Below, piece by piece: positions 48,270-58,560 of a stretch of 64,000 bases of DNA. The translations under genes and the position numbers were made by a program. The notes under the pieces were generated by a model. It saw nothing but the letters and a program-made list of their open reading frames with translations, searched no databases and was not told the DNA's origin. Location: the IMG/VR virus record IMGVR_UViG_3300028735_000003, positions 62,001 to 126,000 of that record, one strand, 5' to 3'. Every line of letters starts with the position of its first letter. The stretch's first letter is position 1.

Positions 48270-48680
48270 TGTCCGCATCATGAAAACCTCGCAAGGAGAC
48301 CCACGGCTTTAGCCGTGGGAGGAATTGCGGATTAGAAAAGTTAATCCGCTTATTATTTTTATTTGATTTTCTACTACTAATGATATATATATCTGTGATG
48401 CGAAGAACTTATAATTTTTATTTAGATGCAAGATATACTTCTCAAAAATGTTTTAATTGTAGAATTATTGAAAAGTCTAATAGAAATAAGTCGAGATATA
48501 TTTGTAGCAGATGTGGTTACATAGAACATGCAGATATTAATGCTGCTAAAAATATTAAGACAAATTACTTTCTCTCGTTAGCTGAAAAGAATAACGAGCA
48601 GGCTGTTGTCAATCAGCCAAATGCAGCCAAAACTAATGTTTTGAGCAGCAAGCCCACGACTTTAGTCGTGGGTTATTGAC
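48270..48680 (+). mobile_element. internally deleted IS200/IS605 (tnpB-type) element
   Basis: Hairpins CCCACGGC-TTTA-GCCGTGGG (48300-48319) and CCCACGAC-TTTA-GTCGTGGG-TTATTGAC (48653-48680); TnpB C-terminal fragment YTSQKC...CSRCG...ADINAAKNI. Confidence 0.85.
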
Positions 48681-48722
48681 TATATATGATATAAAAATAG
48701 GTAGAATATTGAGATTTCTATT

Positions 48723-49286
48723 ATGATAGGTATAATTTCTTCTACAAGTATAAATGGAGTTATTGGAATTTACAAAGATGGACTTGGCAAATTACCATTT
48801 CATTATCCAGATGATATGAGATACTTTAGAGAGACAACTCGTGGCTCTATAGTTATTATGGGACGTAAGACTTTCGAAAGCATAGGAAAACCTTTGCCAA
48901 AAAGAGAAAATATCGTAATTACATCGCAGAATTTAGAAGTTTCTGGAGTCACTTGCCATAGGAGTATTGCGTCTGCTCTTAAGGCAGAATCTGTAAAATT
49001 ACGTGATCATGCTGTAAATATATGGTTCATTGGTGGCTCAGGCATCTATCAAGAAGCAATGCTATATGCAGACGAAATTCATTTGACATTAATTCCAGAT
49101 TATATAGACGATCAAAACTCAATTAAATTTCCATTTATAAATCCAATAATGTTTGATTTATGTGGATACAAACAATTATCAGACCCACCAACTGATAAAT
49201 TAATCTGTGCTATTTATAATAGGAAAAAAAAGAATAACCATTATGAAAAAGTCATTAACGAGACCAAACTTTTAAAAGATAAATAA
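48723..49286 (+). CDS. folA: dihydrofolate reductase
   Basis: NGVIG, LPF...DMRYFR, VIMGRKTFESIGKPLPKRENIVIT, IGGSGIY. Confidence 0.95.
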   Translation: MIGIISSTSINGVIGIYKDGLGKLPFHYPDDMRYFRETTRGSIVIMGRKTFESIGKPLPKRENIVITSQNLEVSGVTCHRSIASALKAESVKLRDHAVNIWFIGGSGIYQEAMLYADEIHLTLIPDYIDDQNSIKFPFINPIMFDLCGYKQLSDPPTDKLICAIYNRKKKNNHYEKVINETKLLKDK

Positions 49287-49307
49287 ATTTGTTACAGTTA
49301 ACAGTGG

Positions 49308-50039
49308 TTAAATATTTTTTGTAATTCTATAATATTCATCAGCTATTTTTTCAATTTTTTTAACCTTTATACTAAAGGCAATTCTATTTCGATTAGTTAA
49401 ATGTTCGTTCATGTTGAACGAATGAGCTTCTTGTTTAGCTTCATCAGATAGCCAAGATTTTTCACCAGGTTTTAATTTAAATGATGGTGTCGGGACATAT
49501 ACATAATTTTTGGGATCTTGATAAACGCCATCTTTTTTAATTTCTAGGTGTAGATGAGGAGAAGTGCCGGCCGCATTACCACTATCTCCTACAGTACCAA
49601 TTATTGTATTTTTGCTAACTTTTTGATTTGGGTATACTGAGACAGTTCCCATGTGTCTATAAATAGAAGACAATCTATCAGAATGTTTAATATTAATTAC
49701 GTTACCACCTTTTGGTTCTGAACTAACACTTACGACGATACCATCGGCAATTGGATAAACAGAAGTTCCACCTGGGGCTCTTAAATCTACACCATTATGA
49801 ACTCCATTATGTCTTTTATCACCAACACCAAAAATACCCGAACATTCATAATGTACTTTAATTGGGTTCTGAAAATATCCGTTTGATTCTGGCTGTGACT
49901 GTTCTCCGTCACCATTCAAAAATTGCAGAAAAGTATCCGCATAACTATCTGATTTACTGACATCTGAAGATATTAGCGATACGATTTGTTGTAATAAATT
50001 GTTTACATCAACCATAAAAATATACCACATTATAGACAT
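49308..50039 (-). CDS. M23 family metallopeptidase (peptidoglycan hydrolase)
   Basis: HNGVDL, YRHM, IGTVGDSG, PHLHLEI. Confidence 0.9.
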   Translation of the reverse strand: MSIMWYIFMVDVNNLLQQIVSLISSDVSKSDSYADTFLQFLNGDGEQSQPESNGYFQNPIKVHYECSGIFGVGDKRHNGVHNGVDLRAPGGTSVYPIADGIVVSVSSEPKGGNVINIKHSDRLSSIYRHMGTVSVYPNQKVSKNTIIGTVGDSGNAAGTSPHLHLEIKKDGVYQDPKNYVYVPTPSFKLKPGEKSWLSDEAKQEAHSFNMNEHLTNRNRIAFSIKVKKIEKIADEYYRITKNI

Positions 50040-50050
50040 AAAACGAAAAT

Positions 50051-50078
50051 AAGGCAGTCTTATGGCTGCCTTATTTTT
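50051..50078 (-). terminator. probable intrinsic terminator
   Basis: AAGGCAG-N8-CTGCCTT hairpin flanked by A and T runs, between two minus-strand genes. Confidence 0.5.
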
Positions 50079-50105
50079 AATACAATTTAATACTATAATA
50101 TAGTA

Positions 50106-50588
50106 TTATTGAGTTTCTTCGTAATAATATACGCTTATTCCATTTTGTATTAATTGTTCATCCAGCATCTTGGTGATTTCAGGAACCAAATTAACTAATA
50201 TAGAAGATACATGTACTGAAGCTTTCTCATATTTAGCCATATCACTAACTTTTTTAAGACATGCTTCTAATGCTTTCAGGTCAGTAGTCAGGTTTTCATC
50301 TTGGAAAAGCATGTGAATTACCCAAGTATCACTTTGTACTGCTGTAGTCATAACTGCACCCAGCTTGTATGCACCTGTTTTTGTGGCAAACCATCCCATA
50401 CTTTCTTGACGAACCTGTTTCCACTTTTTATCAAAAATTGTAAATAATGGATTTTCTGGTTTGCCTGCCATATTATTTACGGATAGTACAAATCTTAGAC
50501 CGGCATTTTCCGGGGCTAAAATTGTCCCCTTTATAATCTTTGTTTTCCCAAGAGGCTTAAATCTATTAACTTCTGTTTTAGTGCTCAT
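50106..50588 (-). CDS. macrodomain-like protein
   Basis: IIKGTIL...VNNM...GW...LG...VIHML pattern as in small phage macrodomains. Confidence 0.45.
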   Translation of the reverse strand: MSTKTEVNRFKPLGKTKIIKGTILAPENAGLRFVLSVNNMAGKPENPLFTIFDKKWKQVRQESMGWFATKTGAYKLGAVMTTAVQSDTWVIHMLFQDENLTTDLKALEACLKKVSDMAKYEKASVHVSSILVNLVPEITKMLDEQLIQNGISVYYYEETQ

Positions 50589-50631
50589 ATTCTGTTCCTT
50601 TATCTATACAATAGATATATCAATACCAACG

Positions 50632-51282
50632 TTAATTTTTCTTTTCCACAGGATTCAAGATCATATTTTCTATTTGTTTTAGCATTGAATCCCGCTCCTC
50701 TGACGAAGAAATCTTGTCTAAATTAAATTCTACTGATTGAAGTCCAAATTCACTACCCATTATAAGGTTATCAGGCAAATCGTCCAAATATACACAACCA
50801 TAAAATTTAGGATATCTTTGTAAAAAGCTCTGATAATACAACGACTGAGGTTTTCTAACACCAACTTCACAACTGAAATAACGTATTGCCTCTTTCCAAA
50901 CCTGTGTATTCAACATCTTCAGATATGAATCAATAACCTTTGTGTGTTCAAACCCAACATTAGATAATAAAGCAATATGTAAATCATGATTATTGCTAAT
51001 CTCAGTAAAAAATTCAAACATATCATGATCAAAGTTTAGAACATTCATATTCCAAGAGTGTAGCAAATCTTTTACGACTACAGATGATTTAATATGGAAC
51101 TCACCTTCCAAAATTTCTTTCATATTGACTAAACCAGAATCTAGTAACCTTTGTGATCTACTTATACAAGCACTAACTTCCAAAGTAGATATATTTAGTC
51201 TTTCTGATATATCGGATATAAAATCTTTAAGGTTGATTTTACATAAAACATTTCCTATGTCTAATGCCACATATCTTTTCAT
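50632..51282 (-). CDS. HAD-family hydrolase
   Basis: ALDIGNVL, LLSN, RKP, YLDDLPDNL. Confidence 0.8.
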   Translation of the reverse strand: MKRYVALDIGNVLCKINLKDFISDISERLNISTLEVSACISRSQRLLDSGLVNMKEILEGEFHIKSSVVVKDLLHSWNMNVLNFDHDMFEFFTEISNNHDLHIALLSNVGFEHTKVIDSYLKMLNTQVWKEAIRYFSCEVGVRKPQSLYYQSFLQRYPKFYGCVYLDDLPDNLIMGSEFGLQSVEFNLDKISSSEERDSMLKQIENMILNPVEKKN

Positions 51283-52268
51283 ATTTCGGATATTCTTTCG
51301 TGCAATAGTTTAATGTGTGATGAATAATTGGGAGTTATTATTTTATCATATTCATAATCTATATTGTCTGACGGGTCATAAATTGTTGTACTAAGCTCAA
51401 ATTTCTCTGATGCTACACTATTTATTATACTATCTATGTCGTTGTGATCTACTAATACTAAACTATGTTTTCCATTATAGAAGGCATCTGCTAAAAAACT
51501 TGTCTGACCGCCACAAATAAATAAGTTAGAGTTTCGTAGATTACATGCATACTCTTGTTCATTTTTTATATCTTTTGTAAGAATATCAGGATAATACTCG
51601 TTGCCATCGTCACAAAATAGCACAGAATCATAATGTTTTCTTAACAAGCTTATTATGTTTCTTTGTGGTTTTATCATACCGGCGACCAAATTGTGTTCAC
51701 AAATTTTTGACTTGCTGCCAACGGTATGATATGGTCTTATCCATTCAAATTGGTCTTTGATATTAAAATTGTTGGCATCGCCAAAATGAGAATATACAAA
51801 GTTATGGCTAGAATTATCTATCATATTCATAATTCTTTGGTTATTCAATGGGACTTTATGAAAAATATAATAATATTGTTTAAACAAACCCAAATTGTAT
51901 TTTTGATATCGTGGTAATGCAAAATTCAACAGTGATGAACTACACTGCCACAAAGTAATGTTTAAAACATTCGCTATATAAGACGTAAAGTATTCAAGAT
52001 CGCTAATTATCAAATCAGGATTAAATAGTCTGACCTGATCAAAATAAATTTCAAAATTCTCATTATCTAAAGAAATATGATTTGGTTTAAAAATGTTGTA
52101 TAAGCAATCCAAAGTCCAATCTATATTTAATCCTATTGGACTAGATTTTTTGTACGCAGCAACCTTCAGATTATATCCTGAATTAGCTATAGCTTTAGAA
52201 AATCTTTCCAATTGAATTCTAGAACTATAGTTGTTGGATGCTGCATACAATATCTTTAAGCTATTCAT
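51279..52268 (-). CDS. GT-B glycosyltransferase-like protein
   Basis: PDLIISDLEYFT and FICGGQTSFLADAFYNGK patterns. Confidence 0.5.
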   Translation of the reverse strand: MNSLKILYAASNNYSSRIQLERFSKAIANSGYNLKVAAYKKSSPIGLNIDWTLDCLYNIFKPNHISLDNENFEIYFDQVRLFNPDLIISDLEYFTSYIANVLNITLWQCSSSLLNFALPRYQKYNLGLFKQYYYIFHKVPLNNQRIMNMIDNSSHNFVYSHFGDANNFNIKDQFEWIRPYHTVGSKSKICEHNLVAGMIKPQRNIISLLRKHYDSVLFCDDGNEYYPDILTKDIKNEQEYACNLRNSNLFICGGQTSFLADAFYNGKHSLVLVDHNDIDSIINSVASEKFELSTTIYDPSDNIDYEYDKIITPNYSSHIKLLHERISEI

Positions 52269-52857
52269 TATATTTGACTAACATCTCCTTAAAGAAAGCG
52301 ACTTGTTTCATAAACACTTCTTTAGTAGCTTTAGTATCAGCTCCGGCAGAGTGCGCCTTGTCATTTTTGACACCATATTTCTTTATAATGGTACTTAAAT
52401 TATAGTGATCCGAGAAGCTTCCCTTACAATAGTCTTTAAATAGTTCTATGATCATTGTATCCAAATATCGTCTTCCAAAAGGATATGTGTCTCGTGAGTT
52501 GCACTTAATCCATAACTGTTCTAGACGCTCCAAGTCGAATGATACATTGTGACCAACTGCAAGTCTTTGTTCAGCAGGGACGCCATCTTCCATTAACCAA
52601 TTTTCAATTTCTACGATTACCTTGTTTGGATCGCCATATAGTTCACGACCTTGTTTTGTTTCATGTCTTAGATCCTCAATCTTATGTCCATTAATTCTTA
52701 AAGCTCCAGCTTCAAAATTATTTGGATTGGTTGGCTTTAATAGCCACGTCTTTTGAACGTTGTCTTTCAATCTGTATAATGATATCTCAATCACATCATA
52801 TAAACGAGAGTCTAATCCGGTAGTTTCAGTATCTAAAATGTAAATAGAATAATACAT
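52261..52857 (-). CDS. DEDDh 3'-5' exonuclease
   Basis: ILDTETTG, VGHNVSFD, AHSAGAD. Confidence 0.88.
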   Translation of the reverse strand: MYYSIYILDTETTGLDSRLYDVIEISLYRLKDNVQKTWLLKPTNPNNFEAGALRINGHKIEDLRHETKQGRELYGDPNKVIVEIENWLMEDGVPAEQRLAVGHNVSFDLERLEQLWIKCNSRDTYPFGRRYLDTMIIELFKDYCKGSFSDHYNLSTIIKKYGVKNDKAHSAGADTKATKEVFMKQVAFFKEMLVKYNE

Positions 52858-52911
52858 AAAAATTCTCCTAAGACTGCGCCTAGGTGTAAAATAATCCTAA
52901 TAATTAGCCTG

Positions 52912-53355
52912 TCAAGACTGTGAATTTATTTTCTTTTTTATTTCGGTCTTCAGATGATTGAATGAGTTAATGCCTGTTTTATATTGAGCTATTAGGAAAT
53001 TGACTCCGTCTACAGATCGTAGAAAAGACTTCTCTTTTTTAGTTAATTTTGCACCCTCAATAATAAACACTACTTTATTATCTTCAAATATCTTCCAACG
53101 CTCTCCATTATTTGGTAAAGAAAATCTTTTTACTCTGATTATTTTCTCAGTAATATCATCTTCCTCATGATAAAGATCATATTCGAATTTACTGAGATTA
53201 TACTTCAAGTTTGGATCTTTGAATTCTTCAACAACATAATTAGTAATAGATGATTCATTTGGTAATGTTTTAATTGGCATTAATTTTTCCCTTGATGTTT
53301 TATGTGGTTCAACAGATAGACAAAATTGATGTCTGTATTTGTAAGTGATAATCAT
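52912..53355 (-). CDS. hypothetical protein (start may be internal)
   Basis: 147 aa ORF. Confidence 0.6.
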   Translation of the reverse strand: MIITYKYRHQFCLSVEPHKTSREKLMPIKTLPNESSITNYVVEEFKDPNLKYNLSKFEYDLYHEEDDITEKIIRVKRFSLPNNGERWKIFEDNKVVFIIEGAKLTKKEKSFLRSVDGVNFLIAQYKTGINSFNHLKTEIKKKINSQS

Positions 53356-53483
53356 TAGTTTTTTGGTTCTATATATTTCTTCATAGATCGTAATAAATTG
53401 TATTTATATTGATTTTTATATTCTTGTAACGTTTAGGTGAAAAGTTTTCCAAAAATTTCTATAAACAGCATTTATTACATATT

Positions 53484-54698
53484 TTACTTGCAAGCATTAT
53501 CAGCAGCTATTATTCCTGTTACTGCTGCTGCTAGTATGCCTATTATACCAGCAGATTCGCCAGCAACAAACATTCCGTCCACATCTGATGATAGATTATT
53601 GCCTATATTAATTTTAGGAGACATAGGAATAATTGTAGGTACATAAAAATAAGCTTTTGTTATTATTTCTGGAATAATAATCGATAAATCTGTGATCGCT
53701 TGTTTAAGCCAGCTATATTCTGGAATAATGGAAATTTTACTTTTATTTGCAAATAGAGCAGAAATTCTTTCCTTTATTATTCTATCATTAGCTAAAACAA
53801 ATGTTAATTTTCCAATTCTATCTGTTTGTTCAAATCCAGCATTTGGGAAATATCTATTGCCTATTATATTAAAGGATACCTTATCAGTCTTCCATCTGTT
53901 TTCATTAGATCTAAAAGCCGATATAGCCATATCTAAATGATCTTCTGGTATAACAGTGCCATACCAATTGAACGGACCAACCTCAAGAGATTCATCATCT
54001 TTAATAAGATTGCACGAAGATTTGTTAAGATCCTTTAAAACATCAGAGTTCATTTCCACTCTAATTCCAAATTTAGCTATATCATTATTATTGACAATTC
54101 CAAACTTGTTATACAATTCATTTGTCCATCTCCAACCGCTTCTACCAACTGCTAGAATTATCTTTTTGCATCTAAATTCTTCTTCTCCAGTTGATACAAC
54201 AAACATAGCATTTTTCTTGTACAAACTTTGTATTTCATTATCGAACGAATATTTAATGTTTTTATTTTGTTCAATAATTTCAGACATATATTTAGATAAA
54301 GCATGAATATCTTTAGGACATATCTGATAATGATCATTTAAAAATATAGAGTATTTATTTTTTCTTAATCTTTTTATAAAAGAGGCTGATGGAGACTTAT
54401 CTTTGATTAGTTTAAATGTATTAATATTGGATAGGACATTATTGAAATAATCGTATGCATATTTGCACTTTCTCATTCCAACTATATCAGAAACATTCAA
54501 CAGATTATTTGTGTAAAGTTTTCCATCACTATTGGGAAGGCAACCTAGCCATCCTTCTAGTTGACGACGACGTTTCATAGGAGGTCGTCCCAAATCAAAT
54601 AGTATAGTCTTTACATTTTTATGTTTTTGAGCTAAGCGCAAGGCTGCAAAAGATCCGGCAACGCCTGCCCCAATAATACCGATGTCATAATTGTTCAT
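53484..54698 (-). CDS. FAD-dependent oxidoreductase
   Basis: IGIIGAGVAG Rossmann motif, ILAVGRSG, C-terminal FVAGE. Confidence 0.85.
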   Translation of the reverse strand: MNNYDIGIIGAGVAGSFAALRLAQKHKNVKTILFDLGRPPMKRRRQLEGWLGCLPNSDGKLYTNNLLNVSDIVGMRKCKYAYDYFNNVLSNINTFKLIKDKSPSASFIKRLRKNKYSIFLNDHYQICPKDIHALSKYMSEIIEQNKNIKYSFDNEIQSLYKKNAMFVVSTGEEEFRCKKIILAVGRSGWRWTNELYNKFGIVNNNDIAKFGIRVEMNSDVLKDLNKSSCNLIKDDESLEVGPFNWYGTVIPEDHLDMAISAFRSNENRWKTDKVSFNIIGNRYFPNAGFEQTDRIGKLTFVLANDRIIKERISALFANKSKISIIPEYSWLKQAITDLSIIIPEIITKAYFYVPTIIPMSPKINIGNNLSSDVDGMFVAGESAGIIGILAAAVTGIIAADNACK

Positions 54699-54756
54699 GC
54701 AATATACCTGCTACAGACCTCTGTAACGAATATTATATCATGACCAGATTATTATT

Positions 54757-55410
54757 TTAAGTCTCAACGCTATTAATTAGGTCATCAATTATATCAAAAA
54801 TCGGATCTTCATAAGGACGATGTCCAGATTGTATTTTCTTTACTGCCTCATTAAATTGATCATTGATATTTGGAAACACCCACATAAAATAGTATGATGA
54901 ACTCTTGAATTCAGATATAAATGAATTTTTAGCATTATCTAAATAAGGGTTAAAATGCATCTTCTCTGATAGTTTTTGAATCGTATATAATGACGCCATA
55001 TATGCGCGGCGTTCAAAATACATTCTAAAATAGGATGGCAAAGGAGTTAAGCTTAATATTGTAAGAATAATTGCAATCTTCCAACTAAAAATAAATAGTG
55101 GTAACGCAACTAATAACAATGAAACTGGGAACAAATATAGAAAGTTATATACAATTGGGTTGAATCTTTTTGAATCGTATATATGTACGAGCTCATGCAA
55201 TAAAATTATGATAGAAGATCGTGGTCTACTATTTACATACCTTTCATCTGGAAAATAAATAGTAGACCCTATAGTAGTAGTATATTTTGTTATGAAACGT
55301 TTATTAAAAAATAGAATATAGCTAAGTAGTTTCATAAGAATAGAATTATTCTTATACTTTATTTTTATATTTGGAAAATACTTCTTAGCATATTCTACTA
55401 AATTTAACAT
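54757..55410 (-). CDS. HExxH-motif protein with membrane segment
   Basis: ILLHELVH; hydrophobic stretch. Confidence 0.55.
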   Translation of the reverse strand: MLNLVEYAKKYFPNIKIKYKNNSILMKLLSYILFFNKRFITKYTTTIGSTIYFPDERYVNSRPRSSIIILLHELVHIYDSKRFNPIVYNFLYLFPVSLLLVALPLFIFSWKIAIILTILSLTPLPSYFRMYFERRAYMASLYTIQKLSEKMHFNPYLDNAKNSFISEFKSSSYYFMWVFPNINDQFNEAVKKIQSGHRPYEDPIFDIIDDLINSVET

Positions 55411-55411
55411 T

Positions 55412-55903
55412 TTATAATTCCACCCAAACTTTTGGCGAATCATAAGGCATTTCATAGTTACTTATAGTTGTATAATTAGCCCAATTTGGATCTCTAGAAT
55501 ACGAATCCAAAGCTGCTTTTACAGCAGCCTTAAGTCGGGGTATATATGAATTATATACCCTATCTATTACTGGTTTCATAGCTGGATTATCAACAAGAGA
55601 GCCTGTAACGTTTAAAGATATACTATCTATTACCCATCCAGACTTCTCTTTATGAGCTGTCATGGATCCACCACCTCCAATGGTAACATCACCATATATT
55701 TCGTTACCCTTCCTCCATTCTGCATCTCTTTTGGCTGTTAAAGCAGTAGCTAGCCTATTTTGTAAATTAAATGCTTCCATAGATTTTGAGATAGTTCCAA
55801 CAATAAAAATAGAAATTGCTGATGAATCTGCTTCCCCGGCATATTTCCTAAGTTTTGTTTCAAATCTATCAGCTAGTTTTATTAGTCTATAAGTGTAATT
55901 CAT
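55412..55903 (-). CDS. hypothetical protein
   Basis: MNYTYRLIKLADRF...; AAGGAG RBS. Confidence 0.7.
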   Translation of the reverse strand: MNYTYRLIKLADRFETKLRKYAGEADSSAISIFIVGTISKSMEAFNLQNRLATALTAKRDAEWRKGNEIYGDVTIGGGGSMTAHKEKSGWVIDSISLNVTGSLVDNPAMKPVIDRVYNSYIPRLKAAVKAALDSYSRDPNWANYTTISNYEMPYDSPKVWVEL

Positions 55904-56009
55904 GTTGCTCCTTATTATTATATAATCTAATTAATAGATATGTTCCTATTTTATTTTGAAGATCGTTTAAAAGTATGTTATTTTGTATCGTACAGAAAGT
56001 AGATATGAA

Positions 56010-56060
56010 GTCAATTATCATCAGCATAAGCTGTTGGTTTTCTTTACATAAGATAAGTAA
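56010..56060 (-). mobile_element. IS200/IS605 right-end remnant
   Basis: Plus strand GTCAATTATCATCAGCATAAGCTGTTGG, nearly the same as 34155. Confidence 0.45.
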
Positions 56061-56319
56061 ATATTCTTTTCTGCTAATCTTATGTTACAATATGTAACAT
56101 AAGATCCTGTGCTACAATTACTATATAACATTGATTAAACCTGACTACTTCACAAGATAAAACATTATTGTTGAACATATTGTGCAGACGACGACTAGAG
56201 CTATTGTATTAATAGTTGTGTTATTATCAAAATCATGGGGTGTTTTGTGATATTAATTACCTGAGATGCATTCTCTATTAGAGTATACTAAACTTTTAGT
56301 ATATTTACGAGGTTCATGT

Positions 56320-57294
56320 ATGCCAATAGTTTATCCAGCACAGATTGATACTAATATAACTTTGCCCAAAGTTACTGATAATTTAACCCCGGTTACTGGA
56401 TCTGTATATAATCGTTTGCAAGAAGCGGTTATTGCGATAGAATTAGAATTAGGCGTTAAACCAAGTGCAACATACTCAACAGTTAGGTCCAGATTAGATA
56501 CGTTAGAAGGTATTTTAAGTAAATTGAAACTTAATCTACAATTTGGCGGTGATATCGAAGTGCAATCAGATCCAACAATTCAACATGTTATTGGAATTAG
56601 GGGTGAAATTATTTTAGACAATTTAGAAAAGCCGGTTGGAGGTTCATTGCGATGGAACGGATCATATTGGAATCAGACGCAATTATATCAAGATGATATT
56701 TTACCGCCATTCATGGTTACAATAAATGGTCCTGCAATGGCAGAAGTAAATCAACACATCTCTCATCCTGCATTTGTATCTACATACAATTTTGACCCAC
56801 CAACATCAATTTCGTTATCTGATACCGAAGGTCATTCACAGGTAATTCCAATAGCTGATAGAGCATTATTTTATAGCGATTACGAATTTCAAAAAACAGT
56901 ATTCGACGGATATGTAACATTTACACTTACAGCAGAACACCATCAAACCACAAGGACCGCTGAATATACTATATATTGGGGGCAAAAATTATATTGGGGA
57001 GTTGGTCCTGCTGGATATACGACAGCATCTGATATTAAAAATAATTTGGATGGATATGTTACTAATAGTATTGCTGCAAAATTTAATGTAAATGCTGGTG
57101 CAACTGAAAAGATTTATTTCGCATGCAGGGCAGCATATGGGGCAGCTACATTCTATGTGGGCGGATTCGAGGGTGGTTTCACATTAGTTAGTGATGCAAT
57201 ATCGTTAACAAACGATTACGGATACACTGAAAATTATGCTTTATATGAAAGCGATAATCTTGGACTTGGTAGCACTACTGTTACTGTTAGCTAA
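56320..57294 (+). CDS. putative virion structural protein
   Basis: YPAQID..., [10 protein letters not shown], beta-rich C-terminus. Confidence 0.65.
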   Translation: MPIVYPAQIDTNITLPKVTDNLTPVTGSVYNRLQEAVIAIELELGVKPSATYSTVRSRLDTLEGILSKLKLNLQFGGDIEVQSDPTIQHVIGIRGEIILDNLEKPVGGSLRWNGSYWNQTQLYQDDILPPFMVTINGPAMAEVNQHISHPAFVSTYNFDPPTSISLSDTEGHSQVIPIADRALFYSDYEFQKTVFDGYVTFTLTAEHHQTTRTAEYTIYWGQKLYWGVGPAGYTTASDIKNNLDGYVTNSIAAKFNVNAGATEKIYFACRAAYGAATFYVGGFEGGFTLVSDAISLTNDYGYTENYALYESDNLGLGSTTVTVS

Positions 57295-57302
57295 GGGATA
57301 CT

Positions 57303-58547
<1,245 letters not shown>

Positions 58548-58560
58548 TTTAAGGAACAAT

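Noticed and set aside
29921-48700. IS right-end TTGAC acting as the -35 box of hybrid sigma70 promoters
   Set aside because: No good -10 hexamer at 16-18 bp spacing at the three sites examined (29921, 34155, 48680).
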